DNA of 64,000 nt from an uncultured Halobacteriales archaeon (GTDB taxonomy: Archaea > Thermoplasmatota > E2 > JACPAO01 > JAHFTW01). The notes under the pieces are model-generated. The model had not been told where the DNA came from, did no database searches, and worked only from the letters and a program-made list of their open reading frames with translations. Made by a program: the position numbers and the translations under genes. The stretch lies in the NCBI GenBank assembly GCA_964627625.1, contig CAZVJB010000001.1, positions 92,736 to 156,735 on the forward strand, read 5' to 3'. Shown one piece after another: positions 43,286-52,882 of this stretch; positions within the stretch are counted from its first letter, which is position 1; each line of letters begins with the position of its first letter.

Positions 43286-44797
43286 TCAGAACTGCCGCAG
43301 CACGACGTCGAAGTAGCTCAAGAGTAACGTTGCGCCAATCAGGAACCCGAGGAGCGTCGCCGTTGGCCCGGACAGGCCCATGAAGTTGCCCTGTTTGCCG
43401 ATGCGAAGTCCGTTCTTCAGGAGGATGCGAAGGGGGGTCACGACGGCGAAGAACACGATGCCCATTGGCAACAGTTCGAGGGCGAGAACCTTCAGCAGAG
43501 CCGCGCCGTTGGCACCCGAGAGCAGGCTGACACCGAGCACCGAATGGACCTCGTTGTCCCAGAGGAGGAAAAAGATCAGGAAAGCGACTGGGCCGGCAAC
43601 CCATCCAATCCACTTCAAGCGGTCCCAGCGCTCATTCTGCTTTGGGGCCTTCTCGCTGCCCAAAACGAGACGCGTGACGAAGGCGGCGATGGCAAGCGCC
43701 CAGAGGGCGTAACTCCACCATGGCAGTTGAAACATCGAGAAGCCAAATAGTTCCGGCGCGTTCTGAACGCGGCCGCCCTGGATGTGCAGCGGGCCCGTGC
43801 CCGACGCCGCCACCGTCTCCCCGCCCGTCGCGGTGAGGGAGTCGAAACGGATGAGAGTGAGGCCGCGCACGATGACGGCCACATCATCCTCGTTTGTCAT
43901 GGTTGTGAGCAGCGCGCCATTCATGAGGGGGACTTCCAGGCCCTGTAGTTGCTCAAGCACGGCGTTGATACTCCCAGTCGGGAAACCTGCGTCCTGATCC
44001 CCCGTGGCGACCCGGATGCGATTCTCCATGCCGGCCACGCGCGCCATGTCGATTCCTTGCGCCGCGGCGGCAGAGTCTGCTTTCCCCATGGTCAACCCGC
44101 CGGCCGAGAACGGCACTACCCAGCCCTCCGCCTCGAGGGCCGCAATTACGGGCTTGCCCTGGAACGTCATCGCGTCGTGTGCTTGCGTGAAACGGACTGG
44201 TGAACCGCTGCCGGTCACCGTCAGCACGGTCTGGTCGTCCAGCGCCACCACGCCCGCGGCGTTGTTGTTGCCGAGGTCCTGGATGAGCGTGTCCGGGATG
44301 GCTGGAATGGCATCAAAGGCGAATTCGCCACCGACGGTGCCGGCCCCCATCATGCGGCCAAAGGTCAGGTCAACGCCGCCGAAATTGATTGTTTGCTTCA
44401 TGTCAACGAAGAAAACGAGCGCATGCGCCGCTGTTGCAGATCCGGAGACTGGTGACGGGAACTTCAGGCCGACGGACGAACCGGCCTGCCAACTCACGGA
44501 GATGCCTCCGCTTGCCGACTCTCGGCAGTCGGGCAGTGGCGCGTTCCAGCAGACTTTCGTCAGGCCCGTGATGCCGCCTTGGGTGACGTTGAAGAACAGC
44601 ATCGGGTCCGAGGTGGGGGCGACTGTTGCAGCCAGCGACCCAGAGAGCACGGTGATCTCGCCCGTGTAGTCAGTGGCCAAGTCAGCGCGGTACGGCAGTT
44701 CGACGGCAAAGTCGTGGTCGCCATTGAGGGCGGCTTGGCCCGTCGGGGCAAGAATCAGGGCGCCAAAGAGCGCGGCAGCAAACGCCCAAGGGCGCAT
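43286..44797 (-). CDS. membrane protein with large extracytoplasmic N-domain
   Basis: Signal MRPWAFAAALFGALILAPTGQA and about 5 C-terminal TM helices. The stop is 4 nt upstream of the lhr start. Confidence 0.6.
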   Translation of the reverse strand: MRPWAFAAALFGALILAPTGQAALNGDHDFAVELPYRADLATDYTGEITVLSGSLAATVAPTSDPMLFFNVTQGGITGLTKVCWNAPLPDCRESASGGISVSWQAGSSVGLKFPSPVSGSATAAHALVFFVDMKQTINFGGVDLTFGRMMGAGTVGGEFAFDAIPAIPDTLIQDLGNNNAAGVVALDDQTVLTVTGSGSPVRFTQAHDAMTFQGKPVIAALEAEGWVVPFSAGGLTMGKADSAAAAQGIDMARVAGMENRIRVATGDQDAGFPTGSINAVLEQLQGLEVPLMNGALLTTMTNEDDVAVIVRGLTLIRFDSLTATGGETVAASGTGPLHIQGGRVQNAPELFGFSMFQLPWWSYALWALAIAAFVTRLVLGSEKAPKQNERWDRLKWIGWVAGPVAFLIFFLLWDNEVHSVLGVSLLSGANGAALLKVLALELLPMGIVFFAVVTPLRILLKNGLRIGKQGNFMGLSGPTATLLGFLIGATLLLSYFDVVLRQF

Positions 44798-44820
44798 GCT
44801 TCGACGATGGGTGGCCGTCC

Positions 44821-46197
44821 TTATCCTTTGTTGCGATGGGGCCGCGCGACCTCTTCTGGGGCAACAGGGAGTCGGGCCGTCATGTTGCGGCGCCCGCCCT
44901 CGGTCACGGCGACGTCATCCTCGATACGGATACCAATTCCGGCGGTTCCTGGCGGGCACGCAGCGAAATCCGGATTGAAGTAGAGGCCCGGCTCAATTGT
45001 CAAGACCATTCCCTCCTTCAGTAGTCGAGGCTTTCCATCGGGGCCGAGCGGACTGCCTGCGTCGTGCACATCAAGGCCGAGCCAGTGGCTGGTTCCATGC
45101 ATGAAGAATTGGCGGTAGGTCTGCTCTTTGATGATGGCCTCGACGGAACCTGCAAGCAGGCCGAGATCGAGGAGACCCGCCGAAATGACCTCAACGGCCT
45201 TTTCATGCGGCTGGCGAAACGGGACGCCGGGTCGCACTTCGCGTAGGGCCGCCTGATGCGCCGCGAGAACTAACTCGTACAGTTCCAGTTGCCGCCGGGA
45301 GAACTCGCCGCCGACGGGGTACGTCCGCGTGATGTCGGATGTGTAGTAGCCCCACTCACAGCCGGCATCAATGAGAAACAGTTCCCCGCGCCGCAAGGCG
45401 TCAAGGTTGGAGACATAATGCAGCACGGCGGCGTTTGGCCCGCAGCCGCAAATGGAGGGATAGCCGACGCCGGTGGAACCGTGGTGGCGCGCGTGATGGA
45501 CGAAGTCCGCTTCGACTTGGAACTCTTTGCCGCCTCCGACGATGCCGGGTGCCGCAGCCATGTGCGCTGCAACGCCAAGATCGCAGGCCTTCTGCAACAT
45601 TTTTAGTTCGGCCGGCCCCTTTACGAGGCGCATCTCGTGCAGAAGTTCCCGGCCGTGTGACGGTGCGCGGCGTTCGCGCTTGGCGCCCTTGGGCGGGCCG
45701 CCCGGCCGCGCCGCCGGCTGCCGGTCTTCGACCCAACGGCGGCCGGCAGCGCGTGCGACGCGGCGGCGGACGGCGGGATCGTGGTCGGCAATTGCGTGGA
45801 TCTTTGACCTGCCAAGGACCTTGGGCAGGCGCTCGGAGAATTCGGCGACGTCGTACGCGTGGTCCATGTCGAGGATTCCCGCACGTTCGACACCCAGGCG
45901 CCGGCCTGTCCAGACTTCGGCTTCCGGCTTGCGATCCCGCAAAAACAGGGTGCATGTGCCGGAGCCCCCCCCTAGAACGACCACGCAGCCGGGTTCGTTG
46001 AATCCCGTGAGATACCAAAAGTCACTGTGCGGGCGGAACACGTAGTCCACGTCGTGGCTGTACTGGTGGAGCGGATGGGTTGCAACGACCAACGAATTGC
46101 CATCGCCGAGTTGCTTGGCCAGGCGAGCCCGCCGCTTAGTGTAGGCCTCAAGCGGAAGCTGTGGAGCCGGGCCAGGAGCAAGGTCGGAGAAGTTCAA
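44821..46197 (-). CDS. Xaa-Pro aminopeptidase (M24B)
   Basis: HGTSHWLGLDVHD, IEPGLY and IRIEDDV. AMP_N-like N-terminal domain. TTG start. Confidence 0.85.
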   Translation of the reverse strand: MNFSDLAPGPAPQLPLEAYTKRRARLAKQLGDGNSLVVATHPLHQYSHDVDYVFRPHSDFWYLTGFNEPGCVVVLGGGSGTCTLFLRDRKPEAEVWTGRRLGVERAGILDMDHAYDVAEFSERLPKVLGRSKIHAIADHDPAVRRRVARAAGRRWVEDRQPAARPGGPPKGAKRERRAPSHGRELLHEMRLVKGPAELKMLQKACDLGVAAHMAAAPGIVGGGKEFQVEADFVHHARHHGSTGVGYPSICGCGPNAAVLHYVSNLDALRRGELFLIDAGCEWGYYTSDITRTYPVGGEFSRRQLELYELVLAAHQAALREVRPGVPFRQPHEKAVEVISAGLLDLGLLAGSVEAIIKEQTYRQFFMHGTSHWLGLDVHDAGSPLGPDGKPRLLKEGMVLTIEPGLYFNPDFAACPPGTAGIGIRIEDDVAVTEGGRRNMTARLPVAPEEVARPHRNKG

Positions 46198-46316
46198 CGG
46201 GGGAACAATGCAACCCGGCTACAAAGCGCTTGCAAATGCCGCGTCGCGCGAGAAGTTCTCGGGATTTCTACCCGGGGACCAAGTTCCTGAAATACCCGCT
46301 TTGCCGGTGGATTGCT

Positions 46317-47060
46317 ATGCTCAGACTTGCCTGCGTCCTAGTTGTGACCCTGTTGGCTGGATGTGGCAGCCGCCTTCCCGCCGAGACGGACATCTCGGAT
46401 GCCGATACCACACTAGCGATGACCACGGACAGCCCTGTAACGGACAATCCGACGCCCACGAAGGGGGCCACAGCGCCGCCAGCTGTTGCTCCGGCGGCCA
46501 ACACAACCGAGTCGCCCAACACTATGACGCCAATCAATCCTCAAAAGTTCACCTGGACCATCAAGTACGATTACAATGGAACGGTCCAAGCTGACGCCGG
46601 CATCCGGCAAGGTGGGATATTCGCTTCCGTCCACGGAACCGATTACTTCAATCCCGTGCTTGGGCAAGTGGTGGTCCTCAAGACTTCGGTCGACCTAAGC
46701 TGGACACCAGCCGCGCCGGCCTGCCAGGAATTGAGTCTAGCCATGAACTACGTCGTCACGGACCCCGACAAGACGCAACGGCTTCTGCCCATTCTTCGGA
46801 TGTCTGGCCCATCACGGCTTGAAGGGACCGTGGACCAAATCTTGCCCGCAAACGCCACGGCGGAAATCACCTTCCATGTGTACCCCAAATATGTTCAGCA
46901 AGCGGCCGGAACGTCGACCGCCGTGCAACCGCGCGATCAACCATACTGGCTACACGCGGAATTCCTTGTCCGGGCATGGAATGAGACGGACGCAGAAATT
47001 GTCGAAGCCACGCAAGACCAAGAGAGTCCCGCCGCGAACCCCAGCCCGGGGCCTTGCTGA
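46317..47060 (+). CDS. lipobox lipoprotein
   Basis: MLRLACVLVVTLLAGCGS. Confidence 0.65.
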   Translation: MLRLACVLVVTLLAGCGSRLPAETDISDADTTLAMTTDSPVTDNPTPTKGATAPPAVAPAANTTESPNTMTPINPQKFTWTIKYDYNGTVQADAGIRQGGIFASVHGTDYFNPVLGQVVVLKTSVDLSWTPAAPACQELSLAMNYVVTDPDKTQRLLPILRMSGPSRLEGTVDQILPANATAEITFHVYPKYVQQAAGTSTAVQPRDQPYWLHAEFLVRAWNETDAEIVEATQDQESPAANPSPGPC

Positions 47061-47187
47061 TTGTTTCGACGCCGGCGCCGGCCGATAGCCTTCGTAAAGG
47101 GTAGCAAGAGCCAACGAGTGCACGAATTCACTCGCCTCTTGGGCAACACCAAACCTGCCCGAGCCGTCCGACCCATGGCGACAGCAT

Positions 47188-47208
47188 GATAAACACCGTT
47201 TACGTAAA
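47188..47208 (+). promoter_or_regulatory. TATA-like box plus perfect 10-bp palindrome upstream of vapB
   Basis: gataaaca (47188-47195), then tttacgtaaa (47199-47208), ending 10 nt before ATG 47219. Confidence 0.5.
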
Positions 47209-47218
47209 GATACTACAC

Positions 47219-47449
47219 ATGACGAAGATGGTCCAACTGTCGACGGCGGCCTACGAGCGATTGAAGAACGCAAAGAGGTCGAAGGAGTCATTCAGCGACG
47301 TTGTCCTGCGGTTGACAGCGACGGGAACCATCAAGGACCCGCTGGCCGGCCTGGCCGGGCTCATGACGTGGGAGGAGGGCGAGCGGGCCCTCGGGAACAT
47401 ACGAAAGAATCGCGATCTCGACCGCCGCAACGCATGGGATCTCCCATGA
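47219..47449 (+). CDS. vapB: VapB-type antitoxin (DUF217-like)
   Basis: MTKMVQLSTAAYERLKNAKRSKESFSDVVLRL. ATGA overlap with vapC. Confidence 0.75.
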   Translation: MTKMVQLSTAAYERLKNAKRSKESFSDVVLRLTATGTIKDPLAGLAGLMTWEEGERALGNIRKNRDLDRRNAWDLP

Positions 47450-47826
47450 CGGTGCTGGACACGACCGTGCTGGTCGACCGGACTCGCAAGCATCCCGGCG
47501 CCATTGCCAAGGTGGTCGGCCTGCAGCGCCAGGGATCCATCCTGCGGATTCCTGCAATGGTCTGGGTCGAGTTTCTCTCGCCGCTTGCACCCCATGCACG
47601 CGCGATTGCGACCAAGCAGCTCGAGGGGGCCGCCCGCTTCGAGGATTTCGACCGCACACTAGCGGACGAGGCGGCCCGGCTGCAGCACGAAATGGACCGG
47701 GCGGGCCTTCGCCTGGCTTGGACGGACTTGCAGATTGCCACCACGGCCTTGCACTACAACGAACCGCTCATCTCAAACGACAAGGGATTCGACAAGGTTC
47801 CCGGATTGTTGAGGGAAGGGTACTGA
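47446..47826 (+). CDS. vapC: PIN-domain toxin VapC
   Basis: MTVLDTTVLVD ... DLQIATTALHYNEPLISNDKGF. Confidence 0.85.
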   Translation: MTVLDTTVLVDRTRKHPGAIAKVVGLQRQGSILRIPAMVWVEFLSPLAPHARAIATKQLEGAARFEDFDRTLADEAARLQHEMDRAGLRLAWTDLQIATTALHYNEPLISNDKGFDKVPGLLREGY

Positions 47827-47842
47827 CGCCGATTTCGTTTAG

Positions 47843-48337
47843 TCAGTTGCGGCCCTGCGCAACCGGTTTCACAGGGGGGCGATTGGCATGGCCGCGGGTT
47901 TTTGGTTTGAGGACGAACGCGATAAACTGCCATGCGAGGGCCGCGATCGACATGGCGATGCCTGCCAGCATAACCCAGCCCCCCCATAGGGGCTTTACGT
48001 CCTCTGCGAACATCTTGCTTGATCCCGAAAACCAAAAGTGCATGGTAAAAAGCCAAATCGCAGGAATCAGCGCGAGCGGGCCCAACAAGCGGATTGGACT
48101 TGAGCGGGGGACAATGAATCCCAGCGCGGCGATTACGAGGACGCCGAAGGTGATTGCGGACTCTGGGCCAGTCCAGAACCAGGAGACGCTGGGCGCATCG
48201 GCACAGCTGCCGAAAATCCCGCAAGGAACCCAGGACATCCACGGCCCGGCGGTCGAGACGGCGAGCGTGATGCACGCGCCAAGGGCAAAAATTCTGGGCG
48301 TCATGCGGAAGCCGACCATCCACGCAGGCATTGCCAT
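47843..48337 (-). CDS. membrane protein, hypothetical
   Basis: Four or five hydrophobic segments. Start placed downstream of the thrS stop. Confidence 0.5.
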   Translation of the reverse strand: MAMPAWMVGFRMTPRIFALGACITLAVSTAGPWMSWVPCGIFGSCADAPSVSWFWTGPESAITFGVLVIAALGFIVPRSSPIRLLGPLALIPAIWLFTMHFWFSGSSKMFAEDVKPLWGGWVMLAGIAMSIAALAWQFIAFVLKPKTRGHANRPPVKPVAQGRN

Positions 48338-48375
48338 GCGGGCGCCACGTAAGTTACTCCAGATAGATGTGTCGT

Positions 48376-50361
48376 CTATCCCCTGAAAATCGGCCTCTGA
48401 CTCAACAACACGGGCAGCGGCAGCGGGGCGCGAGGCTCGGTCCCGACATTCATGTCGCAGACTTTTACCAAGTCTTCCAGCGTGGCTGGCGTGTCGGCGC
48501 CAAGTCCTGCGGCGGCAAGCCAGTCTGCCTTGCGTGACCGGGGCAGGAATTTGCCGGACTGCTTCTCCTTCTCGCCGACAACGACGATAAGCGGTACCCA
48601 ATCGGTTTCGGCCAGGGCGATTTTCTTGCCAACACCGTTCGAGGAGTCGTCCACATCGGCGCGGAAGCCAGCCTCGTTGAGTTTGCCCGCAAGGCGGACG
48701 CACTCGTCGAGGAACGAATCGTTCAGGGGCAGGAAACGAATCTGCGTCGGACTCAGCCAGAACGGCAGGCTCGGCTTCTTGCCGGCCTTGGCCTCCATGC
48801 TTTGCTGTTCAAGAATGGCGCAGAGGTTGCGATCGATTGCACCGCTCAGGCTTGCGTGGAGAAGATACGGGTTCTTGCGTGACCCGTCCGCCGCCGTGTA
48901 CTCGATACCGAAATTCTGCGGGTTCTGCGTGTCGATTTGGACGGTACTTAGTGCGAATGCCTTGTTGACTGTGTCGTTGAAGTTGAACTCGAACTTCATG
49001 ACGAAGTAGAAACTCTGCGTCTCCCACATCTCGACGAGGACCGGCTTATTGACGGTCTTTGCCAGGCTGGTTGCGAACTCCTTGTTCTCCTCATAGAAGC
49101 CCTTGACGAAGCGGACTGCGGTTTCGTACGGGATTTCGAGGGCGTCCATCCAGGCCTTGCTACGGTCGAATTGGCGCTTGAATTCCTCGCGCGCCTGCTG
49201 CAGATCCGCGACGAGCGTGTGCATGTCGGGCATGGTAAAGCAGCGCAACCGCTTGATGCCGGCCGTCTCACCGGACTGCTCCCTGCGGAAACTGTAGTGC
49301 GTCAACTCGTAGATGCGCGCCGGCAGGTGTCGGTAACTCAGACTCGCGCGACCCATCGAGAGGTACATGCCGAAACAGGCGGCAAAACGCAGGAACAATT
49401 CCTTCTCATCCGACTTGATGCGATACTGCCGGGCCGGGAATTTGTTGAGGTACTTGTTCAGGGCCGGATGATTGACATCGTACATGATGGGCGTCTCAAT
49501 TTGCAGCCCCCCCGCGTCGCGGCAGATCCGGTTGATTTTCTCCTCGAGCAGGCGCTTGATGAGTTGCCCCTTGGGGAACCAGCGCATGTTTCCCGTGTCT
49601 GAGCCTGGCTCGTAGTCGACGAGTTCCATCTGCTGCATGAGTGCAATGTGCGCCGGCTCCTGGTCCGCCTTGCGGCTTCCGCCATGTTCGTAGGCCCAGA
49701 ATTTTGCCAGCCCGGGCCACGGCTTGTAATCAAACGTATCGGCCGGGACGAGGCTGCCATCCGGTGAAAGGACGAACCACTGCGATTTCAAGCCCTTTTC
49801 TGCCTTGAGGGCCAGGTTTTGCTCGTCCGATTGCGCGGACCCGTCTGCGGATGCGCCAGCCGGAGCGCTGGGAAGTCCCTTCGCGCTCTCTTTGGCCTGC
49901 ATCTGAGCGGCCAGCACCGTCGTCGACGCCGCGGCGCCGTCTGGCAAAACGTGCTTGGAGAGCTCCGAAAGCGGGTGGCCCTTGCAGCTCAGGGTGAAGG
50001 CCTTGTACCAACCGAAGGGGCTGCGTGCCACCTCGAAGTCCTGGGGGAGCGCCGCAGCAAGCAGCGGAAGGGCCTGCATCGCCACCGGCGGCGGGGCGAG
50101 GTCGTTGGAAATGTGCGCGTAGGGATACAGCATGACGCGCTTCGTCTTCACTTGGTCGGCGACCTTGACAATCTCCGCAACGGCCTTCGCCACGGAACTG
50201 GCCATGTTCGCTTCGTCCGGCTTCTCGACCGCAACGAATGCGCACAAACACTCCTCCATGCGGCCGGCCTTCTCGGCATCGGTCAGGTCCGGCGCCGACT
50301 TCAGGGCCTTCTTTGTGGCCCGGTACTCGATGAAGTCGGAGTGGACCAAGAGGAGTTTCAT
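48376..50361 (-). CDS. thrS: threonine--tRNA ligase, archaeal type with N-terminal editing domain
   Basis: MKLLLVHSDFIEYRATKKALK (archaeal DTD-like editing domain), class II core and anticodon-binding domain. Confidence 0.9.
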   Translation of the reverse strand: MKLLLVHSDFIEYRATKKALKSAPDLTDAEKAGRMEECLCAFVAVEKPDEANMASSVAKAVAEIVKVADQVKTKRVMLYPYAHISNDLAPPPVAMQALPLLAAALPQDFEVARSPFGWYKAFTLSCKGHPLSELSKHVLPDGAAASTTVLAAQMQAKESAKGLPSAPAGASADGSAQSDEQNLALKAEKGLKSQWFVLSPDGSLVPADTFDYKPWPGLAKFWAYEHGGSRKADQEPAHIALMQQMELVDYEPGSDTGNMRWFPKGQLIKRLLEEKINRICRDAGGLQIETPIMYDVNHPALNKYLNKFPARQYRIKSDEKELFLRFAACFGMYLSMGRASLSYRHLPARIYELTHYSFRREQSGETAGIKRLRCFTMPDMHTLVADLQQAREEFKRQFDRSKAWMDALEIPYETAVRFVKGFYEENKEFATSLAKTVNKPVLVEMWETQSFYFVMKFEFNFNDTVNKAFALSTVQIDTQNPQNFGIEYTAADGSRKNPYLLHASLSGAIDRNLCAILEQQSMEAKAGKKPSLPFWLSPTQIRFLPLNDSFLDECVRLAGKLNEAGFRADVDDSSNGVGKKIALAETDWVPLIVVVGEKEKQSGKFLPRSRKADWLAAAGLGADTPATLEDLVKVCDMNVGTEPRAPLPLPVLLSQRPIFRG

Positions 50362-50466
50362 GACGAAGCGGGGACAAGCCTCGCCGTGAAAAGGGTTGCA
50401 GCCGGGCTCGATGCCCAGCCACCAGGAGGGCAAAGCGCGTTCTTCTCTGTTGGCTCGGCGGCCACC

Positions 50467-50477
50467 TTTTCATATAG
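50467..50477 (+). promoter_or_regulatory. TATA-like box
   Basis: ttttcatatag centred about 25 nt upstream of GTG 50496. Confidence 0.45.
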
Positions 50478-50495
50478 CCGGTCGTCTGCGCCAAC

Positions 50496-51152
50496 GTGAA
50501 GGTTGCCCTGGTCCTCAACGGCGAAGAGCCGGGCAGCGACGAACTGAAACTGCTGGACGCCTGCGACGCCATCGTGTGCGCCGACGGTGCCGCCCAGTCG
50601 CTTCTGAAGACCGATCATGTCCCAACCTTCATTGTTGGTGATTTGGACTCCCTGAAGCCGGACACCTACAAGTGGGCCGAAGCCCTTGACGTCCCAATCG
50701 AGCGCCACGCCACGGGCAAAGACGCAATCGACGGCGATTTGGCCCTGGACAAGGCCCTCGCGCTCGGCGCCAAATCTGTCCTCATCCTCGGCGCCCACGG
50801 CGGTCGCACCGCGATGTTTCTTGCAAACCTCAAGATTCTCCGCCGTGTCCACGACCTTGGCCTCGACGGCTCCATGGTGGGAAAGGGCGAGTCCCTACGC
50901 TACCTGTCGGCGGGCGGAGAACTGTCGCTTGTGGGGCGAACGGGCGCGACCCTCAACATCGTCTCGGTTGACGCCGACGCCGTCGTCAGCCTTTCTGGAA
51001 CGCAGTTTGACGGCACTGACATCGTTCTGGAGCGCAAACGCGCCCGCGGTGTTTCCAACAAGATCATGTCGGATGGCGCCAAGATTACTGTCCGCTCCGG
51101 CGTGGTGCTCGCCATCGTCGAACGCAAGCGGCAAGAATACCACGTCACGTAG
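50496..51152 (+). CDS. thiamine pyrophosphokinase
   Basis: GDLDS, KDAIDGDLAL and ILGAHGGRTAMFLANL. Confidence 0.7.
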   Translation: MKVALVLNGEEPGSDELKLLDACDAIVCADGAAQSLLKTDHVPTFIVGDLDSLKPDTYKWAEALDVPIERHATGKDAIDGDLALDKALALGAKSVLILGAHGGRTAMFLANLKILRRVHDLGLDGSMVGKGESLRYLSAGGELSLVGRTGATLNIVSVDADAVVSLSGTQFDGTDIVLERKRARGVSNKIMSDGAKITVRSGVVLAIVERKRQEYHVT

Positions 51153-51295
51153 CAAGCGATATGGGCAACGGTTGCCTGGAATGTCTGGCATCGCGCGGGT
51201 GCTACAATAGAGCCATGCCTCGGGCGGTCGATGCGAGGCGATTCGATGGCACGATTTGCTTGGCCGTTTGGCCGATGCAGCCGAGCAACACGCGG

Positions 51296-52753
51296 CTAGT
51301 GCTTCGCGCGCCGGCCCGCCTTTTTCCCGCCGGTCTTGCCTTTCGCAGCCTTTCCACTCTTCGTCGTGGATTTCTCCCGCAGCCACGGCGGCGGAATCCC
51401 GTGATCCGGTGTTGCAAGTTTTTCGGCGTTGATGCGGACCTTGTGCATCTTGACGGCGCGGCGTTGCCACTTGGCCACGCGCTTTGCGGTCACGGGCTGC
51501 CCGACGACCTTGGTCTCCAGGGAATCCAGGTACTTCGTGACCTGCTTCGCGATGTTCTTCGCGGGTTTGCCCTTGAGCCCTTCGATGCCCTTGATGCCGG
51601 CGCGGGCCATCGCTTCGGCGTACTGCGGGCCGACGCCTTTGACCTTGAGGAGGTCCGCCTGCGCCTGCCAGCCCTTCACGGTCTTGGCGGGTGCCTTCAC
51701 CTTCGAGGCGATGCGGCCGCTCTTGGCAACAGCAAGTTGACCGGTCGTGGCGATGCCGGCCTTCTCCAGGCGCTTGGCATAGATGGGGCCGATGCCTTCG
51801 ATGTCGATGATTGGGTGGTTGTCGCCTGGGTAAGCAAGGATTCCCGTTGGTTTCCGGCTCGCCTTGCGGACCTTCGCTTTGCGCGGCTTCGGTTTGGGCG
51901 CTTTTCGGGTGACCTTCTTGCGCTGCGGAAGCGCGATTGTCCGAGTCTCCTGACGAATCGCCGCACGAGCAGGCACGATGGTTTCTTCGAACACAACGGT
52001 CGTTTGTCCCGGATCCCAGGCAACGTCGGCGACCGTGGCGCGCTGCACGAGGCCTGCGTCCGGCTCTGGTTCGCCAACAACGGCGGGCTGGTAGACGTGG
52101 GTGACAGACGGGTCGCCTTTTCCATCCGCGTGAAACTCAGGTTTCGGCGCCTTTCGTCCGAAAAAACCGAAACGGCGGCGCGGCCTGTCCTCCGTTTTCT
52201 CGGTCGTCGGCTGGACGTCGATGATTTGGGGTTCGGTCGTCTCGGGAAGTTCGGTACGGCCGACAACCTGGTCGACCATGGAACTGCGGAACGGGACCTC
52301 CTCGCCGCCGCTCGTTGTCATCGTGAGAGTGCGGCGGGAGCCGGACTCGTAGGAGCGCACTTCGCCCCCTGATTCAGTGCGGAAAACCGTGCGGCTGCGA
52401 TACGCGATGGGCCCGAGGTTGGCGCGCGACGGGCGACCGAGGAAGGTTGGGTCAGGGCCCAGGGCATCGACGCCGGCGTGGATGGAGTACAAGCCGTCGG
52501 GTGGGCGGTTCGTGGTGCCGGATCGGTTCGTGCTTGGGGCGGGGTCGGGGAAATGTTCCTCGAAGACGACGTCACCGTTGGCGGCGGCGGTGTCATGGAA
52601 CACGATGACCTTCTTTGGGCCCGGGTCGGTGACGAGTTCGAGTGCGGCGGGTTCGTCGACAGCTTCGAGAGGGGCTTCGTGCTCCTCGAAGGGGATTTCC
52701 TGTTCAGCGATAACTTCGGCTGTCTGGCCCTTGTCGAGGACTTTTCTGGCCAT
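51296..52753 (-). CDS. DUF4332 / helix-hairpin-helix protein with Lys-rich tail
   Basis: IEGIGPIYAKRLEKAGI and VKGVGPQYAEAMARAGI HhH pairs. The C-terminus is KSGKAAKGKTGGKKAGRRAKH. Confidence 0.6.
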   Translation of the reverse strand: MARKVLDKGQTAEVIAEQEIPFEEHEAPLEAVDEPAALELVTDPGPKKVIVFHDTAAANGDVVFEEHFPDPAPSTNRSGTTNRPPDGLYSIHAGVDALGPDPTFLGRPSRANLGPIAYRSRTVFRTESGGEVRSYESGSRRTLTMTTSGGEEVPFRSSMVDQVVGRTELPETTEPQIIDVQPTTEKTEDRPRRRFGFFGRKAPKPEFHADGKGDPSVTHVYQPAVVGEPEPDAGLVQRATVADVAWDPGQTTVVFEETIVPARAAIRQETRTIALPQRKKVTRKAPKPKPRKAKVRKASRKPTGILAYPGDNHPIIDIEGIGPIYAKRLEKAGIATTGQLAVAKSGRIASKVKAPAKTVKGWQAQADLLKVKGVGPQYAEAMARAGIKGIEGLKGKPAKNIAKQVTKYLDSLETKVVGQPVTAKRVAKWQRRAVKMHKVRINAEKLATPDHGIPPPWLREKSTTKSGKAAKGKTGGKKAGRRAKH

Positions 52754-52774
52754 GCCGCGCCATGAGGCGCCCCG

Positions 52775-52780
52775 TTTAAA
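52775..52780 (-). promoter_or_regulatory. TATA-like box
   Basis: tttaaa centred about 25 nt upstream of ATG 52753 (- strand). Confidence 0.45.
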
Positions 52781-52852
52781 GTGTGTCCGGCGGCCGTGAC
52801 CCTTGCCGACAGGAGGCGCATGCGCCCGCAAGGCAGCGCGGCCCGGCATCAC

Positions 52853-52860
52853 GTTTTACC
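52853..52860 (+). promoter_or_regulatory. TATA-like box
   Basis: gttttacc centred about 26 nt upstream of GTG 52883. Confidence 0.4.
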
Positions 52861-52882
52861 AACCGGCGGTCTGCCGCCCTCG

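Noticed and set aside
41726-43327. 533-aa ORF on the + strand (also 41509-42495).
   Set aside because: It is antisense to the Lhr helicase, which has Walker A and DEVH motifs. The composition is Arg/Ser/Thr-rich and low-complexity.
51161-52372. 403-aa ORF on the + strand.
   Set aside because: It is antisense to the HhH/DUF4332 gene. It is Arg/Leu/Gly-rich with no motif.
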